DNA of 64,000 nt from Azospirillum sp. CAG:239 (GCA_963653535.1 CAVJWU010000003.1:8160-72159); one strand, 5' to 3'; shown: positions 27,307-38,129, counted from the first letter of the stretch. Notes: generated by a model from the sequence alone, not told the origin. Numbers and translations: made by a program.

Positions 27307-28623
27307 TTAATTATTAGGAAGAGCTTTTGAATTATTTTCATCATCTTCATTTGTATATAGTTCTTTAAAGAAGAAATAAGATATAAATGAGATGCAAACT
27401 AAATATAATATTGCACCAAATCTAAATGATAATGCTTTTGTATAATCTTGTTGTTCTTGAGGGACAACGTTAATAAATGGAATATTCCATAAATAGACCA
27501 TATAACCAATCATTGAATTAATCCAGGCTAAGAAAATTAAATAGAATCTTTTTGGATACATGATTACATATATAACGATTAATACATCAGCTAAATATAA
27601 ATATCTTTCATGCATATGTGGTAAAACATAAGGAACTAATAAAGCAAAAAGAATGAAACTATCTAACATTCTTCTCTTCGTAATTTCTTTATTAGAATGG
27701 AAAATCATAAAGATATAAGTACCAATAAGACCAAATGCTAAAAATAAAGAGAAAGAAGAAACATAATCTTCACTTTTAAAATTAGTAAAGATTAAAGCGT
27801 AAAGAGTTCCGCAGTTAAGGGTTAGTTGAGAATAAGAATTACTAGATTGATTAACATATATTGACCAAATTTCGCTAAATCTAGTAAAGAAAGAAGAACT
27901 AGCAAAGCAAGATGGTAAAGCTACTAAAGAATAAATAATAGGTACCCATAATAAATATCTAATCTTAAATTGTCTTTTTAAAATTAGAACAATTATCACT
28001 GGCAAAATGAAGATTGATTGAAGTTTAAAACAGAAAGCAAAACCATACATTACCATCGCTAAAGAACATTTATCTTTGAGCATAAAATAAATAGTCCATA
28101 CTAAGAAAGAAACATAAATTGCATCGCATTGTGCCCACCAGGCAGAATTTAAAAATATCGTTAAGCCAAAAATAATTAAAGTATAACTAATAGAAGCTTT
28201 TATCTTATTATTAGTCATATATTTAACGATACAATAAGTTCCTATCGCTAAAAAATAGTCAAAGATGATCGATATATATTTTATACCGTAAAGTACTGCC
28301 GTAGTTCCAGGTTCTAATTTAAACCAAGTTAGTATCCATAATAAATAATAATATGCTGGAGTATAATCACCAAATGACTCTCCTAAAGCTTTAAATCCAC
28401 CTTCATAAATTCTAGTATACCATGGTGATAAGAATGAAGTATAATCACCAGTTACGCAGTTAAGTAAAGAATATCTAAGAAGAAATCCAAAGATAGAAAT
28501 GACAACAAGTAAAATTAAACAATCATGTTCTTTTATAAAAGGAAAAACAACATCACCAATTTTTTTATTTTTTTCTTCAAATTTATTTTTAAAATCTTTT
28601 AATTTAGTTAGAAAATTATTCAT
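27307..28623 (-). CDS. Polytopic membrane glycosyltransferase (GT-C-like)
   Basis: About 11 hydrophobic segments over 438 aa. It overlaps the 3' end of the GT2 gene by 8 nt. The GT-C assignment rests on architecture and partner only. Confidence 0.5.
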   Translation of the reverse strand: MNNFLTKLKDFKNKFEEKNKKIGDVVFPFIKEHDCLILLVVISIFGFLLRYSLLNCVTGDYTSFLSPWYTRIYEGGFKALGESFGDYTPAYYYLLWILTWFKLEPGTTAVLYGIKYISIIFDYFLAIGTYCIVKYMTNNKIKASISYTLIIFGLTIFLNSAWWAQCDAIYVSFLVWTIYFMLKDKCSLAMVMYGFAFCFKLQSIFILPVIIVLILKRQFKIRYLLWVPIIYSLVALPSCFASSSFFTRFSEIWSIYVNQSSNSYSQLTLNCGTLYALIFTNFKSEDYVSSFSLFLAFGLIGTYIFMIFHSNKEITKRRMLDSFILFALLVPYVLPHMHERYLYLADVLIVIYVIMYPKRFYLIFLAWINSMIGYMVYLWNIPFINVVPQEQQDYTKALSFRFGAILYLVCISFISYFFFKELYTNEDDENNSKALPNN

Positions 28624-29590
28624 GAGTTACTTCTTCCTTATCTTTAACAAAATCAATGATATAAGTAGGTCTATTTCTTGTATTAATTAAAATATTATGT
28701 AAATAAATAGAAATAACGCCAATAAAATCAACGATAATGCCTACTCCAAAGCTAATAAAACTTAATACGAATAATAAAGTAAAGACTTCATGAGCTCCAA
28801 CTACATGAATTGATGGATAAGATAAGATATAGAAAACTAAAAATGTAATCGTTAATAATGTTGATAATAAAGTAATTACTCCTCCAATCATCGCGACTAA
28901 ATATAATGGTCGAGAAGTAATATTAGCCATATTATCAAAAGCATAAAGAACCATTTTCTTTAAGTTATATTTACTTTGACCAGCTTTTCTTTCTTGTCTA
29001 GTAAAATCGATGTAAGTTGTTTTATAACCAATAAGAGGTACTTCACTTAAGATACATCTATCTTTTTCAGATAGGTTAACGATATGATCAACTACTTTAC
29101 GAGATAATCCTCTAAAACAATTGACATTTTCAGGAATAACTTTCTTTCCTTCTAATTTATTAATAATACGATAGAATAAGCCAGCAGTATCTCTTTTAAA
29201 AGCTGAATCTGAACTACGATCAACTCTATGTGGGTTAACTACATCATAACCTTCGTCAAACTTTTGAGCGATTTCAGGAATTAATTCAACAGGATCTTGT
29301 AAATCAGAATCCATCATAATACAATAATCGCCTTTAGAAATTTTTAATCCCGCCGAAAATGCCGCGTTTTGACCATAATTTCTACTTAATGAACAAATTA
29401 TTACATCATTTCTATTTTTATTTAATTCTTCCATTACTTTTAATGTATTATCTTTAGATCCATCATTAACTAAGATAAATTCTAATTTATAATTCTTTAA
29501 AGTAGGAATAACTTTATCCACTGCTTCAAAATATAATGGTAATGATTCTTCTTCATTATAACAAGCAATAATAACTGATATAGTTTTCAT
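28616..29590 (-). CDS. Family 2 glycosyltransferase, GtrB/CsbB-like polyprenyl-phosphate glycosyltransferase
   Basis: ISVIIACYNEE, VNDGSKDNT, MDSDLQDP, and two C-terminal TM helices. The start was set at the ATG 29590 (MKTISV) after GAGGA. The track ORF is 75 nt longer. Confidence 0.8.
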   Translation of the reverse strand: MKTISVIIACYNEEESLPLYFEAVDKVIPTLKNYKLEFILVNDGSKDNTLKVMEELNKNRNDVIICSLSRNYGQNAAFSAGLKISKGDYCIMMDSDLQDPVELIPEIAQKFDEGYDVVNPHRVDRSSDSAFKRDTAGLFYRIINKLEGKKVIPENVNCFRGLSRKVVDHIVNLSEKDRCILSEVPLIGYKTTYIDFTRQERKAGQSKYNLKKMVLYAFDNMANITSRPLYLVAMIGGVITLLSTLLTITFLVFYILSYPSIHVVGAHEVFTLLFVLSFISFGVGIIVDFIGVISIYLHNILINTRNRPTYIIDFVKDKEEVTHE

Positions 29591-29646
29591 ATGCGTCCTC
29601 ACAATATTTAAATAATTAAATATTTTCTTTTTTTTTATAATAACAC

Positions 29647-29675
29647 TTGTAAAAAAAACACTCAACTTTAATTAA
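29647..29675 (-). promoter_or_regulatory. Candidate promoter of the GT2/GT-C operon with a homopolymer in the spacer
   Basis: The minus strand reads TTGAGT, a 17-nt spacer (GTTTTTTTTACAAGTGT, containing T8), then TATTAT, followed by an A9 run. Confidence 0.4.
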
Positions 29676-29703
29676 TAAAAATAGTTAAAGTAAAAATTAG
29701 CCA

Positions 29704-29729
29704 AAGAAAAAGAATAGTTTCCTATTCTT
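29704..29729 (-). terminator. Rho-independent terminator overlapping the lepA stop
   Basis: AAGAATAG-TTTC-CTATTCTT hairpin. The minus strand continues TTTTTCTTTGG. Confidence 0.6.
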
Positions 29730-31536
29730 CATCTTCATCAACTGAAAGTATAGCCATAAAAGCTTCTTGAGGAACTTCAACAGAACCAATCGCTTTCATT
29801 CTCTTTTTACCTTCTTTTTGTTTTTCTAATAATTTCTTCTTACGGGAGATATCGCCGCCATAACATTTTGCAAGAACATCTTTTCTCACCGCTTTAATGT
29901 CGCTACGAGCGATAACTTTACCGCCGATTGCCGCTTGAATTGGAACTTCAAATTGTTGTCTAGGAATAACATCTTTTAATTTCTTAACAATGATATTACC
30001 ACGTGAATAAGCAAAATCTTTATAGACAATCGAACTTAACGCATCAATTGGATCACCATTTAATAAAATATCCATTTTGACTAATTTACTTGCTTGATAA
30101 CCAATTAATTGATAATCAAAAGAAGCATAACCTCTCGTATAAGATTTTAATTTATCAAAGAAATTGTAAATTATTTCTGATAATGGCAAGTTATAAGTTA
30201 ATTGCATTCTTGTCGCATCTAAATAATCTAAAGAAACATAGACTCCTCTTTTTTCTTGGCATAATTTCATAATTGCACCAACATATTCATTTGGAGTCAT
30301 AATTTTAGCTTCTACATAAGGTTCTTGAATTTCTTTTATTTTAGTTATTTCCGGCATTAAAGAAGGGTTATCAAGTTCGACCATCGTTCCATCATTTAAA
30401 TAAATATGATAAATAACACTTGGAGCAGTTAAAATTAAATCGATATTATATTCTCTTTCAAGTCTTTCTTGAATAACATCCATATGAAGTAAGCCTAAGA
30501 AACCACATCTAAAACCAAAACCTAATGCTTGAGAAGTTTCTGGTTCAAAAACTAATGAAGCATCATTTAAACATAACTTTTCTAAAGCTTCTTTTAAGTC
30601 TTGATATTTCTTTGAATCACATGGATAAAGTCCGCAGTAGACCATTGGTGATAATTTTTTATATCCTGGTAAAGCTTCTTTAGCTGGATTATTTTTTAAA
30701 GTAATAGTATCACCAGAACGAACTTCAGTAATATCTTTAATTTGAGCGGCAATCCAACCTACTTCACCAGCGACTAATTCATTAACTTTAATTTCTTTTG
30801 GATTTCTAAAGCCTAATTCAGTAACTTGGTAAGATAAGGAATTGCTCATTAAAAGAATTTCATCTCCTACTTTAACTTTTCCTTCTTTAATTCTTACTTG
30901 AGCGACTACTCCACGATATGAATCATAAAATGAATCAAAGATTAATGCTTTTAATGGAGCTGATCTATCTCCAGTTGGCGCAGGAATTTTTAAAACAATT
31001 TCTTCTAAAATTTGTTCGACATTTAAACCAGTTTTCGCTGAAACTGGAACTGCTTCATCACAAGGTAAACCAATTGTATCTTCGATTTCTTTTTTCGTTC
31101 TTGTAACATCTGCGCTTGGTAAATCAACCTTATTAATGACAGGAATAATTTCTAAGTCATTATCAATAGCAAGATAAACATTCGCAAGCGTTTGAGCTTC
31201 AACTCCTTGAGTTGCATCAACTACTAAAAGCGCCCCTTCACAAGCAGCGAGAGATCTACTTACTTCATAAGTAAAGTCGACGTGACCCGGAGTATCGATT
31301 AAATTAAAAAGATAATCCTCGCCATTTTTCGCGTGATATTTTAAATTAACCGCATTTAATTTAATTGTAATTCCTCTTTCTCTTTCTAGTTCCATAGAGT
31401 CAAGTAATTGGTCTTTCATTTCTCTTTTTGAGACCGTATCAGTAAGTTCGAGAATGCGGTCTGCAAGAGTTGATTTACCATGATCAATATGGGCTATAAT
31501 CGAGAAGTTTCTAATATGTGAGTTATCAAATTCCAT
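29722..31536 (-). CDS. lepA: Elongation factor 4
   Basis: [33 protein letters not shown], and the LepA-specific C-terminal domain. Confidence 0.95.
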   Translation of the reverse strand: MEFDNSHIRNFSIIAHIDHGKSTLADRILELTDTVSKREMKDQLLDSMELERERGITIKLNAVNLKYHAKNGEDYLFNLIDTPGHVDFTYEVSRSLAACEGALLVVDATQGVEAQTLANVYLAIDNDLEIIPVINKVDLPSADVTRTKKEIEDTIGLPCDEAVPVSAKTGLNVEQILEEIVLKIPAPTGDRSAPLKALIFDSFYDSYRGVVAQVRIKEGKVKVGDEILLMSNSLSYQVTELGFRNPKEIKVNELVAGEVGWIAAQIKDITEVRSGDTITLKNNPAKEALPGYKKLSPMVYCGLYPCDSKKYQDLKEALEKLCLNDASLVFEPETSQALGFGFRCGFLGLLHMDVIQERLEREYNIDLILTAPSVIYHIYLNDGTMVELDNPSLMPEITKIKEIQEPYVEAKIMTPNEYVGAIMKLCQEKRGVYVSLDYLDATRMQLTYNLPLSEIIYNFFDKLKSYTRGYASFDYQLIGYQASKLVKMDILLNGDPIDALSSIVYKDFAYSRGNIIVKKLKDVIPRQQFEVPIQAAIGGKVIARSDIKAVRKDVLAKCYGGDISRKKKLLEKQKEGKKRMKAIGSVEVPQEAFMAILSVDEDEE

Positions 31537-31587
31537 ATATTTTTCACCTTCTATAAGACTATATCTTAATTTAGATATATTTGCTAT

Positions 31588-33942
31588 TTATTTTTGATGT
31601 TTTTTCCAAAATTCTTCTAAGTAATAATCAATCTCAGTATTTGATTTTACAAAGTAAGAATTCTTAAATTGTTTTTTAAATAAGTCTTGATATCGATTAG
31701 TTTTATATCTTTCATCAATAAATAGAAGTGCACCAACATCATTCTCACTTCTAATAACTCTTCCGCCGGCTTGAATTACTTTACTTATTCCAGGATTAGA
31801 ATAAGCATAATCATAACCATTTTGTTCGTTATTACCATAATAATCCTTAATTAAATCAAGTTCATAAGAAATAGTAGGTAAGCCAACTCCAACGATAATC
31901 GCGCCAATTAATTTATCATTTTCTAAATCAATTCCTTCAGAAAAAGCTCCTCCAAGTACGGCAAAGCCTAAAGTAGTAAAATTTGGTGAAGAAGAAAAGT
32001 TCTTTAAAAATGATTCTTTATCTTTTTCTAACATATCTTTAACTTGTTTAATATAAGAGATATTTTTATCTTCTTTCATTCTTTTAAATACTTCTTCTAA
32101 ATAAGCATAAGAAGGAAAAAAGACTAAATAATTACCAACTTTTTTAGAAATAAAATGATAAATTGTATCCGCGATTTGGGTGTAAGAATAAACTCTATCT
32201 TTATATTTTGTTGAAATATCATCGCGAATCAAAGTAATTAAATTTTCTTTAGGAAATGGAGACGGTAACTTCATTAAAGGAGTTTTGTTATCTCCACCTA
32301 AACAATTAACGTAATATTCTATCGGCGTTAAAGTGGCCGAAAAGAAAATACTTGATTTTAATTTCTTCAAGGTATCTTTAATTAAATTAGAAGCATCTAA
32401 ACATTTAATATGAATAAATAAATCATTATCTTTTTTCTCATAATAACAAGCAAATTCTTTACTTATATAATCAGATAATTTAATAAACCTATTTATTTCA
32501 CGAAATAAATCCTTAATTTTAGTCGTTATTAAATTAGGATAAGTCGATGCAAAAACAATTTCTTCTCGATAAAGAGAAGTAAGTAAATCGTATAAAGTTC
32601 CTTCAAAATCACTTTCTTCTTTATAAAAATCATTGATTGAATCATATTTTTCTTGTAGAAATCTAATTAACTTACGAAAATATTTTTTAAAACGTAAAGC
32701 TTTGGTCTTTTTTATATCTTCGTAAACAATTTTAAAATCATTCATGGCTAATGAAGAAGAATACATATTTCTAGAACGACTAATTAAGTTATGTGTTTCA
32801 TCAATTAATGCGACGTAATTAGTTTTTTCTGTTTCAAAATAACGTTTAAAATAGACGATTGGATCAAATAAATAATTATAATCACAAATGATTGCATCAC
32901 AATATAAAGAAATGTCTAATTGATATTCAAAAGGACATATTTCATATTTCGCGGCATATTCAAAGATTTTATTTTCATCGATAATATTTTCATGTAGAAA
33001 AATATCTTCAATTGCTTTTCTTATTTTATCGTAATAACCGATACAAAATGGACATTCATCCGGATTACAAGATATACAAGAATTAACGCACATCTTTTCT
33101 TTCGCAGTTATTTTTATTCCTTTGATGTTAAGTCCATCTTCATTAAGTTTTGTTAATGCATTAAGCGCGACACTTTTCGCGATATTTTTCGCGCTTAAAT
33201 AAAAGATTTTCTCAGTATTCGCGGTAGAAAATGTCTTTACTGAAGGAAAGATAGTTGACATTGTTTTACCAATCCCAGTCGGAGCTTCAATAAAAATAGT
33301 TTGTTTATTTATAATTGTTGCATATACTGCTTTTGCAAGATCTTTTTGCCCGACACGATAATTCGAATAAGGAAATTTAATATTTGCAGCATTAGAAATA
33401 AATTCTTTTCGATGTGTATCAATTGAAGTATAAAAATATAAATATTCTTTTAATATATTAAGATAATAATCTTCTAATTCTTTAAATGAATAAGAAAAAT
33501 TATAGATTAGTTTATTATCAAATTCTAAATCGTTATCTTCATTTTGACTAATGTAAGTTAAGCGTACACCGACTCTAGCTAAATTATTCATATATGCGTA
33601 CATATATGCATAACACATCGCTTGACCTAAATGCCATTCTTTTTGTTCTTCATAATATTTATCTAAATCTTGAACAGTCGTTTTTATTTCATCAATTATT
33701 GGAGTAGAAGAAAGAATAATACCATCCGCTCGACCGATAATTTCAAAATCAAATTCACCGAGAGAAGTTTTAACTTCTAACGGAACTTCTTTTAAATAAT
33801 TATTTTCTTGAATCTTTTGATAACGTAAATGAATACGAGACCCTTCAGCCATCGTTTCATTATTATAGATGCGATCATCAATATTTCCTTTACGAAGTAA
33901 AAAGTCAACTAAACCATGAACAGATAGTTTAATAGTAGACAT
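31588..33942 (-). CDS. Fusion of an N-terminal PD-(D/E)XK (Cas4/RecB-like) nuclease with an XPD/DinG-family Fe-S helicase
   Basis: Nuclease motifs GRADGI...IDEIKT and QAMCYAYMY. Helicase motif I APTGIGKT. Cys cluster CVNSCISCNPDECPFC. Motif II IDETHN. Motif V FSEGIDL. Motif VI QAGGRVIRSENDVG. Confidence 0.75.
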   Translation of the reverse strand: MSTIKLSVHGLVDFLLRKGNIDDRIYNNETMAEGSRIHLRYQKIQENNYLKEVPLEVKTSLGEFDFEIIGRADGIILSSTPIIDEIKTTVQDLDKYYEEQKEWHLGQAMCYAYMYAYMNNLARVGVRLTYISQNEDNDLEFDNKLIYNFSYSFKELEDYYLNILKEYLYFYTSIDTHRKEFISNAANIKFPYSNYRVGQKDLAKAVYATIINKQTIFIEAPTGIGKTMSTIFPSVKTFSTANTEKIFYLSAKNIAKSVALNALTKLNEDGLNIKGIKITAKEKMCVNSCISCNPDECPFCIGYYDKIRKAIEDIFLHENIIDENKIFEYAAKYEICPFEYQLDISLYCDAIICDYNYLFDPIVYFKRYFETEKTNYVALIDETHNLISRSRNMYSSSLAMNDFKIVYEDIKKTKALRFKKYFRKLIRFLQEKYDSINDFYKEESDFEGTLYDLLTSLYREEIVFASTYPNLITTKIKDLFREINRFIKLSDYISKEFACYYEKKDNDLFIHIKCLDASNLIKDTLKKLKSSIFFSATLTPIEYYVNCLGGDNKTPLMKLPSPFPKENLITLIRDDISTKYKDRVYSYTQIADTIYHFISKKVGNYLVFFPSYAYLEEVFKRMKEDKNISYIKQVKDMLEKDKESFLKNFSSSPNFTTLGFAVLGGAFSEGIDLENDKLIGAIIVGVGLPTISYELDLIKDYYGNNEQNGYDYAYSNPGISKVIQAGGRVIRSENDVGALLFIDERYKTNRYQDLFKKQFKNSYFVKSNTEIDYYLEEFWKKHQK

Positions 33943-33944
33943 AA

Positions 33945-35090
33945 TTATTTAGCCTTTTTTACAACATTGATATCTCTTTTTGCTTCAATTACAATGTTAT
34001 CAATATTTTCATTTGCTTCTTTTAATGCCGAAGAAACAATTTCCACTTCGACTTCATCTGGGTTTTTAATCATTCTTTGAATGTTAAATTCTTCATATAA
34101 ATATTTACGAGTAATAATACCGATTCTTAATGTTAATAATGCGTTACTCGCCCCTTGCGTAATTGACTTTGTTAAGGTAGATAAACCAGGGATTGCATTT
34201 AATGCTCCTTTAGCTAATTTATCGATTCCATCAATTAAAATATCTTGTAAATTTAAGTTTTGTACCGCATAAGCAAACATGGCATTTCTAAAAACTTTAA
34301 TGATCAATTTTGATAAACGTAAATAAGTTGGATGATAACCACATTTAACACATATTTGCATAATCATTCTTATGTTTAATAAAGCTACGCTGATGGCATC
34401 AAATTTAGAATTTTGACTTAATGCAGTAGTTAACATGACCTTAGTCGAAGTGGAATTAACAATCTTCATAATGTCATTTTTAATTTCTGTGTCATAAACA
34501 TTTTTTAAGGTATTATTCAATTCTTTTTTATTAGAATAGAAAGTTCTAATAAGGTTTTTATTATCTTCAGAAACGTTATCATTTTCTAAGATATTTTTGG
34601 CCACTTTTTGTAATTTTTTAAAATTGATTTTCGAAATATTTCTTGCATCTTCTTCACTTACAACATCTAAAGTAAACATTGGAGTAGCTAGTGCCATGAT
34701 AATCGGTCTAATAACAAAAATGAATAATAAAGCGATTAAAACACCAGTGACACTTCCTGCTACAATATTTCCTAAAGTGATATCAGAAAAAAATCCTTTT
34801 ACAAAAGTAAAAATGTTAATTAAACCGGAGATTACTAAAATAGTGATGATAGTTACACAAGCAATCGCTACTGCTTTAACAAATTTATGCGAAGATTTCT
34901 TAATTATTTTTTCTTCTTTTGTCGTAATATCATTATAGAGAAATCTTTGATTTTCTTTTTCTTCTTTTTTTAATTTTTTCGCTTCACGTTTTTTAGTAAA
35001 TATATTTGTTAAAAAGAACTTTTCATTAGATTGTTTAATATCTAATTCTTTATTTTCTTCGACTTTTGTTGGTAAATTTTCTTTCCCCAT
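33945..35090 (-). CDS. YcjF/UPF0283 (DUF697)-like membrane protein
   Basis: Central TM pair. The C-terminal region ALLNIRMIMQI...RLSKLIIKV...ITQGASNALLTLRIGIITRKY matches, by eye, the pattern recalled for E. coli YcjF. The start was set at the ATG 35090 after GAGGTGA. Its stop is 2 nt from the helicase ATG. Confidence 0.5.
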   Translation of the reverse strand: MGKENLPTKVEENKELDIKQSNEKFFLTNIFTKKREAKKLKKEEKENQRFLYNDITTKEEKIIKKSSHKFVKAVAIACVTIITILVISGLINIFTFVKGFFSDITLGNIVAGSVTGVLIALLFIFVIRPIIMALATPMFTLDVVSEEDARNISKINFKKLQKVAKNILENDNVSEDNKNLIRTFYSNKKELNNTLKNVYDTEIKNDIMKIVNSTSTKVMLTTALSQNSKFDAISVALLNIRMIMQICVKCGYHPTYLRLSKLIIKVFRNAMFAYAVQNLNLQDILIDGIDKLAKGALNAIPGLSTLTKSITQGASNALLTLRIGIITRKYLYEEFNIQRMIKNPDEVEVEIVSSALKEANENIDNIVIEAKRDINVVKKAK

Positions 35091-35142
35091 TAGTCTCACC
35101 TCTTGTTATTATTTTATAATATTTTATCTTATTATTCTACAA

Positions 35143-35171
35143 ATTAAAAAGACTATAAGTTTTACCTTATA
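35143..35171 (-). terminator. Rho-independent terminator after the 372-aa membrane protein gene
   Basis: CTATAAG-6 nt-CTTATAG hairpin. The minus strand continues TCTTTTTAATTT. Confidence 0.5.
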
Positions 35172-35180
35172 GCCTAAAAT

Positions 35181-36299
35181 TTATTTAATTGATTGAATGA
35201 TGCTTAAGAAATAAAGAACTAAGCCTAAATCTAAGCCATAGATAAATAATGCGATGCATCTAATAAAATTAATCGTATTTTTATTCTTTTCTAATCTTTT
35301 AACTAAAGCTTTTCTTGTTGGTAAAGAAATGATCATTAAAATAGAAAGAACTAAAATTAAGATGACAAAGAAATAGCCATTGAAGTTCTTAAAGGCATAA
35401 TTAATATTTACATCTTTAAAGAAAAGTTCATTACCAACTGTTTTTATTAAGCAAATAACAAATGAAGCAACAGATAAAATAAATCCGATGATAAATGCAG
35501 GGAAAACCATTGCTTTAGATTTCTTTAAATCTTTGGTAATTTTAGGATTTAATTCATATTCAACATCGATAATTGCATTCGCACAGTTGACGAGTTGATC
35601 ATGAGTACCGATATGAATATACGCAATTGGTAAAAGAATTACCTTAACTCTAGTTTGTTCAATACGTGACCATTTTTCTTTTTCTTTGCATAATTTCTTA
35701 TATGATTTTGTATTTTCTAAAGCTTTTTGTACTCTCTTATCGATATCACTTTGACCTAATACTGCATTAGTATCAAGAGAATAAGTTTCTCCTTCGCCGA
35801 CTGAACAATCAAGAACAACTGGAGATTTATAGCCGTTCATTTCAATTTTTAAAACATCATCACCGCTCGAAGTTTTAGCTTCAACTTTATAATCATTTAA
35901 TAAAGTTTCATTAACCTTAATATTTTCTTTGTCTAAGCAAGATAAAGGATTAATGTTATTAAAACGAGAATTCTTGTCATCTTGATATGCGTAGAAAGTT
36001 GTTGTAAAACGAACGAATTCTTGATGGTCTTCAGCTTTATTATCTGTCTCATTAATTTCTTTCCAAGATAATTTTGCAATTGATTCAACAACATATAAAG
36101 GAAGATATTTTACATCGACTTGAACTTCGTCTTTTTTTAAATTTTTGACGAAATTTAAATAATCTTCATCAACATCTAATCCTTTTGATTTAATATTTTC
36201 AAAAATTTTAACAATGACATCTGATCTAGAACATGTGCTTTGAGCGAATTCAACTTCATCAACACGTCCTAAACGAGCGATTAATTCATTTACATTCAT
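35181..36299 (-). CDS. Hypothetical protein with a soluble N-terminal domain of about 250 aa and three C-terminal TM helices
   Basis: Long ORF with the RBS AAAGGAGAA. Hydrophobic segments include AMVFPAFIIGFILSVASFVICLI and others. No motif was recognised. Confidence 0.6.
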   Translation of the reverse strand: MNVNELIARLGRVDEVEFAQSTCSRSDVIVKIFENIKSKGLDVDEDYLNFVKNLKKDEVQVDVKYLPLYVVESIAKLSWKEINETDNKAEDHQEFVRFTTTFYAYQDDKNSRFNNINPLSCLDKENIKVNETLLNDYKVEAKTSSGDDVLKIEMNGYKSPVVLDCSVGEGETYSLDTNAVLGQSDIDKRVQKALENTKSYKKLCKEKEKWSRIEQTRVKVILLPIAYIHIGTHDQLVNCANAIIDVEYELNPKITKDLKKSKAMVFPAFIIGFILSVASFVICLIKTVGNELFFKDVNINYAFKNFNGYFFVILILVLSILMIISLPTRKALVKRLEKNKNTINFIRCIALFIYGLDLGLVLYFLSIIQSIK

Positions 36300-36303
36300 A
36301 TTA

Positions 36304-36813
36304 TTAATTCTCCTTTAATTTATTAACTTCGAAAATTGGTTCATCTTCGACAATAACTTTTTCAATAACGACTTTTTCATATGGTCGATCATAAGGAGTA
36401 GTTCTAACTTTAGCAATTTTATCAACTACTTCAATTCCACTTACTACTTCACCAAATGCGGCATAATTTCCATCTAAGAATTCACCATCTTTATGCATGA
36501 TGAAGAATTGTGAACCAGCTGAATCAAAATCATTCGCACGAGCCATTGAAATAACACCTCTTTTATGAGATATATTATTTTCGACATTATTTGCCTTGAA
36601 TTCACCTTTAATCGAATATCCTGGTCCGCCGGTACCATTACCGATAGGACAACCACCTTGAATCATAAAACCTTTAATTACGCGGTGAAATGTAAGTCCG
36701 TCATAAAATCCTTTTCTAGCGAGTTCAACAAAGTTCGCACAAGTATTCTTCGCGACTTCATAATTTAATTTAATTTCGATATCACCAAAATCTTTTACCT
36801 TTATTGTTACCAT
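36304..36813 (-). CDS. ppiB: Cyclophilin-type peptidyl-prolyl cis-trans isomerase
   Basis: FHRVIKGFMIQGG, SMARANDFDSAGSQFFI. Confidence 0.9.
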   Translation of the reverse strand: MVTIKVKDFGDIEIKLNYEVAKNTCANFVELARKGFYDGLTFHRVIKGFMIQGGCPIGNGTGGPGYSIKGEFKANNVENNISHKRGVISMARANDFDSAGSQFFIMHKDGEFLDGNYAAFGEVVSGIEVVDKIAKVRTTPYDRPYEKVVIEKVIVEDEPIFEVNKLKEN

Positions 36814-36826
36814 AAATTTAACCTCT

Positions 36827-37495
36827 TTAACATTTTACACCACTATTACATTCTTTTATATAAGAAATTACATCTTTTAATGATTTCATAATTAACGCAT
36901 CTGATTTTAAGATGCTTTCATCAGGAAGAACTTCATCAGGAATCATTATTGTTTTTAGTCCTGCGTTTAATCCAGCATGAACACCATTTAACGAATCTTC
37001 AACTACAATAACTTCATCTTTTTTTAAAGAAGAAATTTCTAATCCTTTTAAATAGATATCTGGAGAAGGTTTACCATTTTTAATTTGATCACCAGTAATA
37101 ATTTCATCCATTCCTTTTAAGAATGGGTCAATAGATAAATAAGCATCGACTTTTTCTTTAGTAGAAGAAGTACAAATTATCATTTTAATATTGTTTTTCT
37201 TACAATATTTATAGATTGCTTTTACATATGGTTTATATTGAACACCATGTTTTTTAAAATAATCTAAGATATAAAGAAAACGATATTGACCTAATAATTC
37301 AGTTGGAAAATCTTTTCCATATAATCCTTCATAATAAATGATTGAATTTTCTTTTGACATACCTAACGATTTTATAACATCTTCTTTTTTTACGTTATAA
37401 CCGAGTTTTTTACCTTCTTTTCTTTTAGAAATATAAGTAAATCTTTCATCATCTAGTAAAGTACCATCTAAATCGAATAAGATTCCTTTAATCAT
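36827..37495 (-). CDS. HAD-superfamily hydrolase (beta-phosphoglucomutase/phosphatase-like)
   Basis: ILFDLDGTLLD, CTSS, GKPSPDIY and VEDSLNG. Confidence 0.75.
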   Translation of the reverse strand: MIKGILFDLDGTLLDDERFTYISKRKEGKKLGYNVKKEDVIKSLGMSKENSIIYYEGLYGKDFPTELLGQYRFLYILDYFKKHGVQYKPYVKAIYKYCKKNNIKMIICTSSTKEKVDAYLSIDPFLKGMDEIITGDQIKNGKPSPDIYLKGLEISSLKKDEVIVVEDSLNGVHAGLNAGLKTIMIPDEVLPDESILKSDALIMKSLKDVISYIKECNSGVKC

Positions 37496-38127
37496 AAATA
37501 TTCTTTTATCTCTCTAATATCACTAATTAAAGGTACTCCAGCACTTGAAAGTCTTTCTTTATCTTGATGACCATAAGTTACTAAAACACATTTACCACCA
37601 AGAGAAGAAGAAACTTCATAATCATGAAGAGAATCACCAATAAATAATGTTTCTTCTAAATTTAATTTTGATTCTTCAAAATATCTTTTTGCAATTTCTA
37701 ATTTTGATTTTGCGTGTACATTACTAATCCCTAAAATCGTACTAAAATACGGAGTCAATTTAAAATTATGTACTTGATTCATTAAATTATTCTTTTCGCT
37801 CGCGGATAACAAAATCACATTATATCCTTTATCATTTAATTCTTTTAAGGTTTCTTTAATATAAGGATATAAGTTGCATTTATATGAACGAGGTTGATAT
37901 ATTTCAATAAAATATGCACATAGATCTTCAAAAGAATCTTTCGAAAAATCTAGTCCAGCATTTAAATAATATTGAATAATTGGAAAAGTAAAAATTTTCT
38001 TATAAGAGTCAACATCAAAAGTAGGCTTAGATTGTCTTTTTAACATTTGATTAAGAATATCTAAGCATAAATCAACATCATCAAGAATAGTTCCGTTAAA
38101 ATCAAAAACTATATTTTTAATCGCCAT
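37492..38127 (-). CDS. HAD-superfamily hydrolase (Gph-like)
   Basis: IVFDFNGTILDD, LLSAS and FIGDSLHD. It overlaps the downstream HAD gene by 4 nt. Confidence 0.75.
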   Translation of the reverse strand: MAIKNIVFDFNGTILDDVDLCLDILNQMLKRQSKPTFDVDSYKKIFTFPIIQYYLNAGLDFSKDSFEDLCAYFIEIYQPRSYKCNLYPYIKETLKELNDKGYNVILLSASEKNNLMNQVHNFKLTPYFSTILGISNVHAKSKLEIAKRYFEESKLNLEETLFIGDSLHDYEVSSSLGGKCVLVTYGHQDKERLSSAGVPLISDIREIKEYL

Positions 38128-38129
38128 GA

